64,000 bases of DNA, taken from assembly GCF_964355755.1 (NCBI RefSeq), contig NC_092670.1:28942388-29006387 (forward strand), in the 5' to 3' direction. A program made the translations under genes and the position numbers. Below, piece after piece: positions 15,101 to 28,384 of this stretch. The notes under the pieces are model-generated. The model was given only the letters and a program-made list of their open reading frames with translations. It was not told the origin of the DNA and did not search any database. The DNA comes from Antedon mediterranea (Eukaryota; Animalia; Echinodermata). Numbering within the stretch: position 1 is the first letter of the stretch; each line of letters starts with the position of its first letter.

Positions 15101-18100
15101 GATGGTTCATCACCTGTTCCACGATCTGTTCGGGGTGTTTCAGCCCAGCCACTACCATGTCCAGGTGTTTCTGTTTAAATAAATTTAGGAAATATTTTTA
15201 AAATGATGATTTATGCAAATAAATTTTACTATTGAGTTGTTCAAATCAATTTGTTAAATGTGTAATTTTGTTGGATACAGATGGGCAAGGCCAAATGTAC
15301 CTACCACTCAAGCTAAAGCTTCAACAATTTAATCTAGCCCACATAAAAGATGCAATTGAGAGTAAGCTCAAACACTGCAGTAGCTGCATTCTTGGTGTAT
15401 ATATATATGTATATGTGTAAGAATATATATAATTTTCAATTCCTTACCTCTTTCAGTTCTAGGTGTTTCATCCCATCTGTTCTTACGAGCACTCGGTGTA
15501 GCTCTACCAGGTGTTGCATGGCCAGGTGTGGTATGACCAGGTGTTGCATGACCTGGTGTAATGTGTGTTGGAGTAGCATGAGCTGGAGTTGGTTCCCACA
15601 CTCGTGTAGTACCAGGTGTGGCTCCAGGTGTTTCGCTGCCTTTTGCTCTACCAGGAGTTTCATCCCATCTGCCATGTGAGGGTGTGGAGCTCTAAAGGCA
15701 AAGATATTTTTTAAATATTAAAAAGACATTTTTGTTAAGGATGTTGTCACAAAGCGTATTATAAAGTAAAAAATCATAATTCATATTAAAAATAATTTGA
15801 GGTAATTTAGGACAATTTAGTGTTGATGAATACATTTTTTGTAGTGGTTTTGTGAAAAGTTGCTACAGAAAACAATTTATTTATTTGCACTCAAGGAGCT
15901 TCATGGATATCTACTTTGGGTTGGTGTTTGTTGACAAGACTAATATTGATCAGACATGTTTACATTGTTGTATCATATTTTCAATTTAGTAAAAATGTCC
16001 AAAACAAATTACATCTTGGATTATTTACCTCAGCTTGATCCCAAGAGCTGGTTTTCTTCTTACTAGGTGTAACAGCTCCAGGAGTATCTTCACCAGCTTG
16101 ATCCCAGCGACGTTTCTTCTTTGTTGTGGTAACTGTAGCTTTAGGAACTTCTGTCCTCTGAAGCGTGCCATCTTTAAGTTTTTGTAGTATCTGATTCTGT
16201 TGATGTCTCTGCAAAGTACAAAAAACACAAAATGTATAACTATAACAGGGTTCTCCCCAGCATGTCTTGAGTGGTGGTCGGCGAACCACAAATCTCCCCC
16301 TAAACAACCCTACGATGTTCATTGTGAGGTAAAAAGGTGTGCAAAATTAATTAATTTTGACTGACGGAGGACCAAGTTGTAAATTACTCGGAAGCATAAA
16401 AGTAAATGGGCAATTCTCCATTGGAACCCCACAATCATTTTTTAAATCTGCATGAATCTACACTCAAGTGTCATTTTTTGTTTACTAATATGTGTGGAAT
16501 TTAGTTCCAACTAAAATTTTTGTTTCATTAATTCACATTTCTTCAAAAATTGCTTGCCTGGTCGAATGTGTAATTTAAAATTTGAAACTGAAAAAATAGC
16601 TGGAATTAGACAATCCTGAACTATGTACTTAACTCAACCTTTGTTGACTTTAATTATTCTAATTATTTGAGTTCATGGTCTCTAGAACACTAATATCAAT
16701 ATAAAGTTTCATGTCGCATCTCCCACTTTCTATAAGAAATCATTTATTTTCTAGTAAATTAGTTACCAAAAAAATTGATTAAAGTTTTCCTGTGAGCTAA
16801 CCAATGCTTATAAACTTTAAATTCTTTTATTAGGTATGCCCATTTACCTATATCAATTACACATTTTGTTTGGTCTTCGCTAGTTTTGTAGAAAACTTGG
16901 TAACGGAATTAAATTTGGTAACAGAATTACATGGGGGTATAGGTATAAAGTAATGTATCTTTAATTCACTATAAATGACATAAAATTGTTTGTAAGTGAA
17001 GGAAATCAACAATTAATTAATTATTTATAATAAATCCAATTCCTAGTGGCCAAAACAGTTCCATGGAGTCACTTATAGTAGAAATTTACTACTGATGCAC
17101 AAAAAACAAAAAAATTCATATGAGCTAATCACTGCTTATAACAAGCACGAATGTGCGATACTCGGGGTACAGCAAAAGAAGCTGTAATGACGTCATAAGA
17201 CGGGATGTGACGTCACATACACATCATCAACCTTGCTACCAAATACGGCTATACGGTACCATCTTCGAGACGCCATATGGCTGCATCCGTATTGAAATTA
17301 AGAAATCCGGCTCTATAGCTTTAAGGTAGTATCATGCAAAATCCCAGCTCAATACTACAATGAATAAGGGAGGAGTAGTACTTTATAAATCGCAATTGTT
17401 TCGATTGGTACCATGTTTATGACATCATAATTCTGCATCCGGTTGAAGTACGAACATTTTCGCTCTATAGCTTTGTTCATCTATTACCCTAGTATATGCA
17501 TGCCAAGTTTCAGAGCCGTCAGACGACGCGTAAAGAACTAGTAGGACTTGAAAGTTGGCTTAATAGTGTCCAGATGGAAGAAGAAGAAGAAGAAGAAGAG
17601 GAGGAGAAATGAGTGAGTTCTAGACTCGGGTATCCCGAGTAAAAACTTAAATTACTTTATATTATCCTAATATTATATTAGGTACTGTATGCTCAAACCA
17701 ATATCAGTAACCAGTTATGTCTCCTAGTTTTTTGGAAAGCCTGGGTAACAGAATTAAATTTTGGTATAAATTAATGATATTACATGGTAATGGAATTACA
17801 TTAGGTTATGTATAAAGTAATATACCTTAATTCACTACATATGTCTTAGTACTGTATAAAATTGTTTCTAAATGAAGCTAATCAACAATTAATTAATAAA
17901 TAATCCAATTCCAAAACAAATCCATAGTCACAGTACAGTATACGGTAGATACTATATTTCCGATCAATGCTAAAATCATTCAAATTCATTCCCTATACGG
18001 CACCACTTTAAGGATCTATAATAATATCCTAGATTTATATACAGTAGCTCCTAATGTTGTAAAACCTCTTAGCACTGTACATAAACTAATACAGAAAAAG

Positions 18101-21100
18101 GGAATTCCAACCATGCCAAAAAAAAGCCAAATCGAAGTAAGGGGATACGCCTTCGTCGTTAACCAGGAATCGGTCTAATTGAACTCCGGTCAGCACCAGT
18201 TGTGTCTCGGTCATCCTGGACTCGGGCGTCTCCTGCCCTACTAAATTAGATCTAAAACAATCTAGGTGGCATGGTAAAGGAGAAAAAAGGGGATTAATAC
18301 GCTTTATAAAACAAGTAAGTCTTAAGAAGCCTCTTAAAAAGAGCCACCGACTGTGCATCTTTAATGTAGTTTGGAAGAGAATTCTAAAGCATAGGAGCTG
18401 CATTAGATAATGCACGGTGACCATATGAGATGGTCTTCAATTTAGCAGGAACAAGACAATTCTGAGAATTGGAACGAAGATTGCGAGGATTGTGGAGTGA
18501 GAACATTGTCGATGTACCTCGGTGCAAGGCCATGGAGAGATTTATATTGAGTAGCAATATCTTGAAGTTGACACGCTCCTTCACTGGAAGCCAGTGCAGT
18601 TCATGCAAGATAGGTGTTATGTGGTCTCTACGCTTAGTTTGACACACTAGATGGGCAGCACTATTTTGTAACATCTGCAACTTCCTAAGCAGGGTCTTGG
18701 CCAGTGCGACATGAATACTGTTACAGTAGTCCAGACATGATATAAAGGCATGCACAAGTTGTGTAGTTGTTTCCCTATCCAGAAACCTACGAATTAGACC
18801 AATCTTCCTAATCCCAACCATAGCAGAACGACAGATGGCATTGATGTTAGCATCCATCCGCAAGTGGCAATCCATGTAAACCCCAAGATTTCGAACTTCT
18901 GGGGATGGCTTAAGATCTAATACAGAAGATGGTTGAAATGGCAGAGATTTTCGGATCGTGATGTAATATGGATAAGCTCTGTCTTCTGTATGTTAAGTTG
19001 CAGATGATTGAATAATGACCATTGTGTGTATGTCTTTCAAACATGCAGAGATTTTAGACATAGTATTATGAAGATTAGAGGGTGAAAAATCCAAATACAG
19101 CTGTGTATCGTCAGCATAGAACATGCAGTTTAGACCATGTGCATTAATTAAGGATTCAAGTGGAGTGGTGTATAAGATAAAAAGAAGGGGTCCAATAACG
19201 GATCCTTTTGCTGCATGACAAACTGTGTGATGATGATGAAATGGAACACACTTTAATGGCATATGTGTGAGAAACTAAATACGACTCAATCTAAGTGAGG
19301 ACATTGTCAGAGATACCATACATTGATTTGAGACGATGAAGTAAAGGAAAATGGTTGACAGTATCAAAAGCAGCAGAATTCCAATAGAACTAAAAGAACT
19401 TCGTGACCAGTATCAATGGCCCTAATCAAATCATTGTGCACACGGACTAGTACTGTTTCAGTACTGTGGTTGGCCCTGTATGCAGACTGAAAGTTTCTGA
19501 GAAGTTTATTTTCTGCAAGGTAATTCTGAAGCTGTATGCATGTAATTCTTTCAAGTACCTTGGAAAGAAAGGAAATGTTTGTGATCGGTCGGTAGTTATA
19601 TATTGTGATCCAGCTTAGATTTTTTAATTATAGGAGTGATGACGGTGTGCTTTAAGTGTGATGGAAATTTACCTGTTGAAAATGAGGTGTTGATAATGGA
19701 TATTATACACATTATGAGCTCATTTATGTGGGTTTCAGCAAAGCTGTAGGAAGAGGATCAAGGTCACATGATCATGTGCGAGATGCCATGATTATTTCCA
19801 GTATGTTCTTTGATGTTAAAACATCCCAGTTTTCCAGACTTGAAGTAGCTGGTGGTTACACTGCAGGTTCCGGAGGTAAATCGACACTTTAAATCAAGAG
19901 ATATGGTCATTGACCTTCTGAATTTTATCTCTTCAGTGAGGGCCTCTGGTTCAGCATATGAAGGCAAAACCTGACCATGACCTGGATCTGTAAGTTCGTT
20001 GACTAGATGAAAAAGGTCATGCTGATCGCATTTCTGAAAACGATTAGTGTGATACTGTTTCTTTGCTTCAGTTAGGTGTAATGAGTAGTCACGACAGGAA
20101 GGATGATAAGACTGTTTATCAGTACTGCTATTTGATTTCTTCCACTTTCTCTCTGCAATACGCTTTAGATGTTTCTCACTCAGAAGTTGGTCATTGTACC
20201 ACGGGTCGTGGGGACATAAAGTGATTTTACGGTCAACCACAGGCACATGCTTGTTAAGAAGTTTTCCAAGAAGAGAATTGTATTGTTGGACTAGGGTGTT
20301 TATGCAGTCAGAAAGATTGAGTAACAGTGATGATGAACAAATATCATCACAGAACTCAACGTGATTGATTTCCTTAAGCTGTTTTAGATTGGTAAGTATG
20401 TGTACTACACACACATATCAAATTTATTATTCAAAGCTTACCCAGATCTTGTGGGTTGGTTAAAAAAGGCCGAAAATCAGTGTGAATTGTAATTCCGTTA
20501 CCGTGGAATTTCCCAAATATTATTTTTTAATCATAATCGTTTTTTTCGTGTGTGTGTTTTAGCTACTCGAGACAGCGAATATAAATAGAAATTTCCCACG
20601 GTAGAGGTACATGGCACCACATGGTGAACCTCAATGAACTTGTATGTAGGCCTAGGCCAACTTCTAAAAATAATATAACGAACGTCCAGTCGATCCAGAA
20701 ACGATGCCGACAACAAAAGATCGTTAAAAAAAGTTAAACTTATTCTAAATATAGTATCAGAACGTTGATCGCGCAGACTTAGATGGCAGGAAACGTGATG
20801 AAGATTGTGTACCTGCTGTACCTAGATTTTGTGTCACATGACATGAAACACGATACTCTCCTCCTCTAAATTAACTGTTCCCACTTGTCGCACATGTTTT
20901 TTTTTAATCACTCAAAATTCTGGTCAGGGTGAGGGGCCGCCGGGTAGCTACAGAATACTAGGGCCATTTTTCTTTACACAGTGACATGTCGTAATAATTG
21001 AATAGGCTTATGTTAAATCTTAACATGGAATATATTGATTTTGCATATATTTTTTATGTTGACGTCGGTGTATTTATAATTCGCTAAGCCAAGGTAGGAT

Positions 21101-24100
21101 TAAATAATTAATAGTGCAAGCCTAGGCCGGCAAAATTAGACTTGACTCCGATGTCGTTTCTGCCCACAATGTCGTCTCCTCCGGCTAAATTAGGTTAACC
21201 AGTGCATAGGGAGGGCTACAAAATTTGTTTTTTCCTAGCCTAGGCAGGATTTTAAGGCGGCGCCGATTTTAATTAGTGAATAGTACATTGTTAATTTGCA
21301 TTGTCCATGCTTTTTCTAAAGGCGATGATAATGGTGTTTATTAACCCTATGAACCACCCTACGATCGACGCATAAATTATAATAACAATACATCGTAGCA
21401 GGTTACAACCAATAGGCTACGATATACATGCGTAAATAGGGTGGGTGGTGGTCGACGTCATGAAAGTGGTGGTCTGAAATAAAGAGTGGTGGACGGGGCC
21501 GACCATCGCATACCACCGTGGCGAGAACCTTGATATAAAGTACATTTATTGTCACATTGATAATATAACATACTCATGTTTTAATTTCCAAGTTAGCAAA
21601 TAAACAACATTATCAGGGTCAACATCATTTTAAAGATGTATTGTCCGCCAAAATCACGAAAAAATACAGTTTTAATTAAGTTTATTCACTTCCATAGATA
21701 AAACAAAAATAATAATTTCATTTATAAAAAAAAATAAATGGTTACATTCAACTAAAAACCCATTGGCTGGCAGCCAATTTGACTATTTTTAGCTTTAAAT
21801 TACAGATTTTCAGGTAAATAATTGGTTTTTTTTATCCAATTTTTGGTCAAAGTGAATAATTATTATGGAACATCAAAATGCCATATTCAACAACAAAAAT
21901 TTTCAGGGGACAATATATCTTTAACTAAATATAATGCAAAAAACATAATTTGTAGTAAATCATTTATAATATTTTTAAACTTATGTACATGGTATGAATG
22001 GTATTATATAGGCTGTAAAATGTACCTCTTGTGCAGCCTGTTGCTTTTCTTTCATTGTGTCGGCAAATGTTCTTAAAGATGGATCTGGAGTCTTGCCACC
22101 TGTATGCACAGACAAGAATAGTGAGATACAAAAGAGAAAAAAGAAGAAATAGGTTAGTGTACTGTACCAACTGAAAACATGTGTAAAAAACAAATAACAT
22201 TATAATGGTGTTAATAAGTAAGGTCTTCAGTTACAAATATAACCTGAATTTGTGATTAAAAGATTAAATTTGTATGCTATTCAAACATCATATTCTTAAT
22301 ATAACATAATAAATTTTAAAATTGCAAAGCAAATCATAGAAGTTTTCTCATTATATTTCTACTGAAGACTGTACATTTTAACGCATGGCAAAGTTTACAA
22401 ACAAGTACCCTACAAGTTACAGTAGGCAATGATACATATCTGTATATGCTACTAGAGATTTGACGCTCCTAACAGGCATCCATCTAGGCCATTCTAAGTC
22501 GTAATAGCCAGTGTGGACAGGCCTTAGTCAAGAAAGCATCAGCACTCTACCTTGTAAGGACATTGTTATTGATCAGTGCCATGAAAAACAGTCAATTCAT
22601 GAGGGAATATATTCTTGGAGAAAAACACACATCTTATTGAAACCTAAAATTTGAAATCATTCCAAATCAATTTTTTTTATTATCATTTTTTATTTTAATG
22701 AACTAGATAAATAATAAAATAAACTTATTAATTCAAGTAAATATCTTTGATTGATTTTAAAAAGTGGTTTCAATAGTATAATGTAGTTTTCATAGAAGAT
22801 ATTCTACCATTAGAAGAGTCTTTTCTAATATTTCAACTCTTCATATACTTCCTGTTCTGCCAGAGTAGATACGTACTGCATACTGTTAATCCGTTCAAAA
22901 GCTTCTGTTTATCTTCAGTCGATGTAAGCCTAAAATTAATCTTTGAGTCGTTAGTGACTTTTGAGTATAGATACCACTTACAAGACCAAGCATATATAGT
23001 ATCCTATTAAAAATTACAATATGCCACCTAATTTGAACATATCAACATAACAGGTTTACTTGCATAGATGTAAAGTTGACACTATTAAAGGTAAAACAAC
23101 TCCGAAAGATGGAGTGTACTGTATGTACAGTAATGTCTAACTGCATCTTTTGATTAGCAATTCAAGAAATGCCAGATAGAAGGGTTACATGTTTACTCTG
23201 GCTAATACATTCTAATGCATTCTCCTTATTTTAATTTTCCTAAAACCATGAACCTGTGTCCAGCAAGAGATGATTGCCGTATTCCAAGCTGTTTGGGAAA
23301 GAAATGAGAGCAGGATTAATTTCTGTTTAGTAGTAACAAGCGACAGGCTTTTTACGGTTCTTCTACATTTGTACAGTTCCTGCATACAACATACAAATTA
23401 CACAAACCAACAGTGGTGTTGGTAGACTATAAGTGCTAGCTTACCTGGATAAACCGACATACTGTAGGTGAGAACATAACTCTAAAGTAATAATATTTTA
23501 GGATTACCCTCCAAGCCTGTGGTATCGTTTATGTACCGTGCCCTCTGGTGGGCGGCAAAGTCCATACATACCTCACCATTTCTTTTCGAGATGGCAAAAC
23601 GTTGAAACGGTTGTCGCACCAGAAAGAACTTACTACACTCTATAAGAGCATTAGCTATACTTGAGAAGGGGAAAAGGCCTATGTCAGTTTATCCAGGTAA
23701 GCTGGGAAGAATAGACACTGCATTCTATTAGAGCCTGTTTGAGCACGAGATAAAGCTAACTGTACAATAATACCACTATTAAGTGCGCAGTTTATAATGC
23801 CCTTGATTATAATGAATTACACGATAGATTATCGTATAAATCATTATAATCAAATGTTCTTGATTCTGTAGCATAGCATTCTTTAGTTTCCATATCCAGA
23901 TAATTAATTTTCACTCTAGTTACAATAATTATATCTTGTTGCTACAGTACAGTAAACGCGATCTCATAAAAAAATGATAGTACATGGTCAAACAGGCCCC
24001 ATATTTTGTAGATTTTAAAAATGCTCAAGTAGCATAACTTTTTTGAATGTATTTTCTGATTAACTATGACTTATTTATACACTCTTATGTACAGTACTAA

Positions 24101-27100
24101 CTAGGCCAGTTATTATATTCTCTGATTACATTTGTGTTTAGTAGCTATTGGATATTTAAAAACCAAAATATTAAAAACAAAACAAAAATGAAACAAAAAA
24201 ACTAATAATTTAATGTAATGTACCATGCTACTGTAATCGTAGAATAATCTTGAATACTACACATTCTTTAGAACATAGTAAAATCAACATCTTTATCTAA
24301 TTACATTCAATCCATGATTACAAATAGCACTTATTTTCTGATAAATGTTTATTTGATTATCTTATACAGTAGGATATTTCATGGTTAGCAACTCAAAATG
24401 ATTTATTGTTTGATAAGATGAATTGAATAAAGTTTCATAACAAATGCTATGTAAAAATGAATTTCCATTACTAAAATTATAGCTTGTACATTGTACTTTT
24501 ACATTTTCAATTGTATAACATGTAAACTAAGGAGATTGAATCTTACCAAGTAAGAATGGATCATGTCGAGCTGGTGAGATCATTCTTCTAGCCATCCTTC
24601 TATATTCATCTTCACGATCAATGATGCGTGGGATCCGTGTTTCTGCCATGGGGTCATGATCCTACCAAAAATATATATAAAGTTTGAAAATCAATGTCTA
24701 TTTTAAATAGAAAAAGTTACATTTATGTAAAGACAGAATTATGCCACACTGTGTGCTACTTTGTTCTTAGGCCTTTCTAAAGATTGGAATTTATTTTGAA
24801 TGTTGAAATTGTATCCATAGTTTTCAATATAATAATTTATAATTTCCATTTATATAGCGCTATTATCATTGTTCATGGTGCTACTGTACATGGGTTACTT
24901 CATGTCAGTGCTGCCAAATATAGCGCTCACTCAATATGATTTAAACAATCTAAAAGGCAGTAAAATTTGAAAAAAAAAAATTTTTTAATATATTCAAAAA
25001 AATATTCCATATTTGGGCATCATAACAACATTTTCCAAGTTCATTTTAAGGCAGTTTTTGTTAAGCGAATAATAATAACCAACCTTTGCAAGTTCTTCAT
25101 TCTCTCTAATATATGCAGATGGAGCAACGTATGAATTCTTGCCCATCAGTGATGTACTGTCATCCTCATCTTCCTAAACAACAAAAACAACATCTGTGAT
25201 TTCATGTTTTTAACATTTAATAACACAGGCCTCGAATTTGGGGATTTTAGGGGCAAGGCCATTTGGCCTCCGGTTTTCATTGATTTTAGGGGCACCAAGG
25301 CCAAATGGGAGGGCACCAAGGCCAAATGGGAGGGCACCAAGGACATTTGTTTTAAATCAAAGGGGCACCAAGGCCAAAATTATAAAATATTTTAATAACT
25401 AGGCCAAAATTTGAAAATAGCTTTGTTTCCGGTTGAGGAAACAAACATCCCCAAAATGTTTTGGGGATTTCCCCCTATTCATCAGATTGCGTAGTAGTAG
25501 TAGGACTGTCTACAATACATCTTATCTTTTTGTATTTCATATAAATATTACGTGTATTTACGATCTATATAAATAATAAATAGGTACGATGTTCAGTGTT
25601 TATAGTTTACCGTCCTGTGTTGAATGTTTCGTTTAGTTTTATAATGCAATAAAAAGGCATGTGAAGCCAACCAAGCAACCCCAGAACAGGTATAAAGACC
25701 CTAACAACAGCAAGCTACTCAGCCTTACCATGGAGGTATAACCTCCATGGCCTTACTTAGCTAGCAGCCGATGGAGAAAACATGATACAAAAACAATTTG
25801 TTTGTAGGCCTTACCTACAACTAATCATACACAGAGTGTTAACCACGGTAAAAATCAAGCCAATGACATTATGTAGTAGAATATAAATTATAGTTATTTT
25901 CCGAGTTTCGATTTCTGAAGTTTTTTGTTAGTATAATCCATATTTATAACAATTCAAAACACGGATGGACACCGACCCCTTTCTCTCTCTCTGTTTAGCC
26001 TTCTGCACGTGTATTGTGGACTATACCATTTCCTTGAGTTCGGTAAAAACGCGTTTGGTAATTTAGTGTACGACGTTGTTAAACAAGATTTTTCGATGAT
26101 CTGTCTGCTGGATTATTGAGGTGGGTGCGATAAAATATAAATATGATATACTTCCAACGATCTTCGGGTTGAGGTGCAGGTTTAACTTTGGTGCTAAAAG
26201 TAAACACCCCTAATTGTACACGTATAATGGACTACACCATGCAGGAACGCACATGGTATTTTCTTATCAGAGGGTGCGTGTACGTCAAAAGGAATTGTTT
26301 TTCCAATGAATTGAATTGCGTGTGTTCGACCGTATCGGCAGCGGGAGGATAGGCTAGCTAGGAGTGGGTGTAATTTTTTTTCATCGAAGGCGGCTAGCTC
26401 GATTATTGAGGTGGGGTGGTGCGACTTTAATACATTCAGTAACCTCCGATCGAGGAACGTTTTTAGCTTGATTATTAAAAGTGTACACCCCTGTATTTTA
26501 ATGTACTATCCCATGACTTACCACGCACGGCGGCCGGGATTATTTTGGTTACACAATGTTCGATGTTTTGTTTACTGTTTGTGTAAATAATAAATGCGTT
26601 TAGGGAAATCCCCTTGCAACGAAGACAGGCGATAGTTTTGCGTCTCGTCCGAGTCGTGTAAACTAATCTTCTTGACATTATTTTCTATCTAATTCAGTGG
26701 TTTTTATTGTGGTAAAACTCGGGAAGGGCACTCGCGGCCAACGCAAAAAAAGGGCAGGCCAGTAGTGGCCGTGGGTGCTATTCATTTTCGAGGGCATTGA
26801 GGCCAACTGGGAGGGCACCGACGGCACTGGCCGCGGTAAAATTTAAGGCCTGATAACAAACTAAATTCAACATGAAACAGGTGTAATATTAATACACAGT
26901 TCTAGTATTCTCAATCAAAGTGTAACAAGATTAATAATATACGCAAAATGTGAAGATGTACATTTATTAAATAGAAAAATGTTCATCACATCTTGAAAAT
27001 ATAAATCAATTCATATACAACCAAGTACAGTATAGTCCTAAAGGTCCTGGGTAAAACATTTCTCAAAACATTTTGGGAATTGCATTAACAATGAATTTCT

Positions 27101-28242
27101 TGACTGAATGAATTTAGCCTTGGGATTATACTAGAGAATGCGCTAATACATTTATTTCTCTCTACAGCATCAGTAAAGGAATAAAAAGCATAAAAATACT
27201 TACATCCTCTCCTTCATTTGTTGCAATGGATAAATCATAGCCAGCGTATCTACTACCACTTTCACCATAGATACTTTGATCAAAATGACCACCCTCTCCA
27301 AGACCAATACGGTTTCTTTCTCCTTCTCCACTACCATTTTCATTCTGAATATGCTTGGTTTTTCCCTGTATTTCACGAATCTGCTCTTCAATATCTGAAA
27401 AGAAAATATTTTGTTAGTGTAAAACTGAGTTTTTTTTATAAAATGATATGATTAATTTCATTGCATACTAAAACTTCTAGGCCTAGTGTGTTAGTTAATG
27501 AAACTGAAAGATCTAGATTGGAGGCCTTCTATTCTAGATATATTAATACTAATTTAGCCCTATGCCTAGCTAGCAAAACTGCTAGAGGGCAGCAGACATT
27601 TCAAGGCTATAGAAAAGTGTGACCTTTAAACTGTTTAAAAGGGGTCACCATGCGCATGAATTTACGAACTCCGATTGGCTATTCAGAAAAAACGAATGAC
27701 TGTACGATCTTTTCCGGAAAATTTTGATTATAGATTTGAAATTCTTTTGCCCACATGTCTACGCGATGACATTTTATTTTGGGCTTAAAATTGTTAGTAA
27801 AATCAGAAAAAATCGAAAACATGCCTAATATTTTGGGATTTTGCTTATATATTTTAGATTCTAACAGTGTACACCTTTGGTTTTACATAAATATAATAAT
27901 AATAATAATAATAATAAATACTTTATTTTAACACGGAAAAGCTTGTGTCACCATAAAGGTGTTCTTCTACAAGGCCGTGATCAACTAACAGTAGTACATT
28001 ACACATTTAAAAATAACAAATTTTAAAAATAACAAATTTTAAAAATAACAAATTTTAAAAATAACAAATTAGAGAACAAAAATATATGAACAGAAACCTT
28101 AATTACATTTGTGATAAGAGTACAAAATAAATAATAAATCACACCAATAATTTTTTGAAAGTATTCAAATTTGTGGCATTTTGCATTGGTTTTTTTAGAG
28201 TATTCCATAAACTAGCACCATGATATGAAAAACTTTTTTTTT

Positions 28243-28279
<37 letters not shown>

Positions 28280-28346
28280 TTTTTTTTTTTTTTTTTTTTT
28301 TTTTTTATTTTTTATTTTTTTTTTTTTTTTTTTTTTATTTTTTTTT

Positions 28347-28384
<38 letters not shown>

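Larger units (their letters stand above)
16246..21532. mobile_element. hAT-like element (same family as 10607) carrying nested insertions
   Basis: CAGGGTTCTCCCCA...TGGCGAGAACCTTG; flanks CTATAA/ATATAA. Interrupted at ~16400-20515 by another inverted-repeat element that contains a LINE. Confidence 0.65.
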
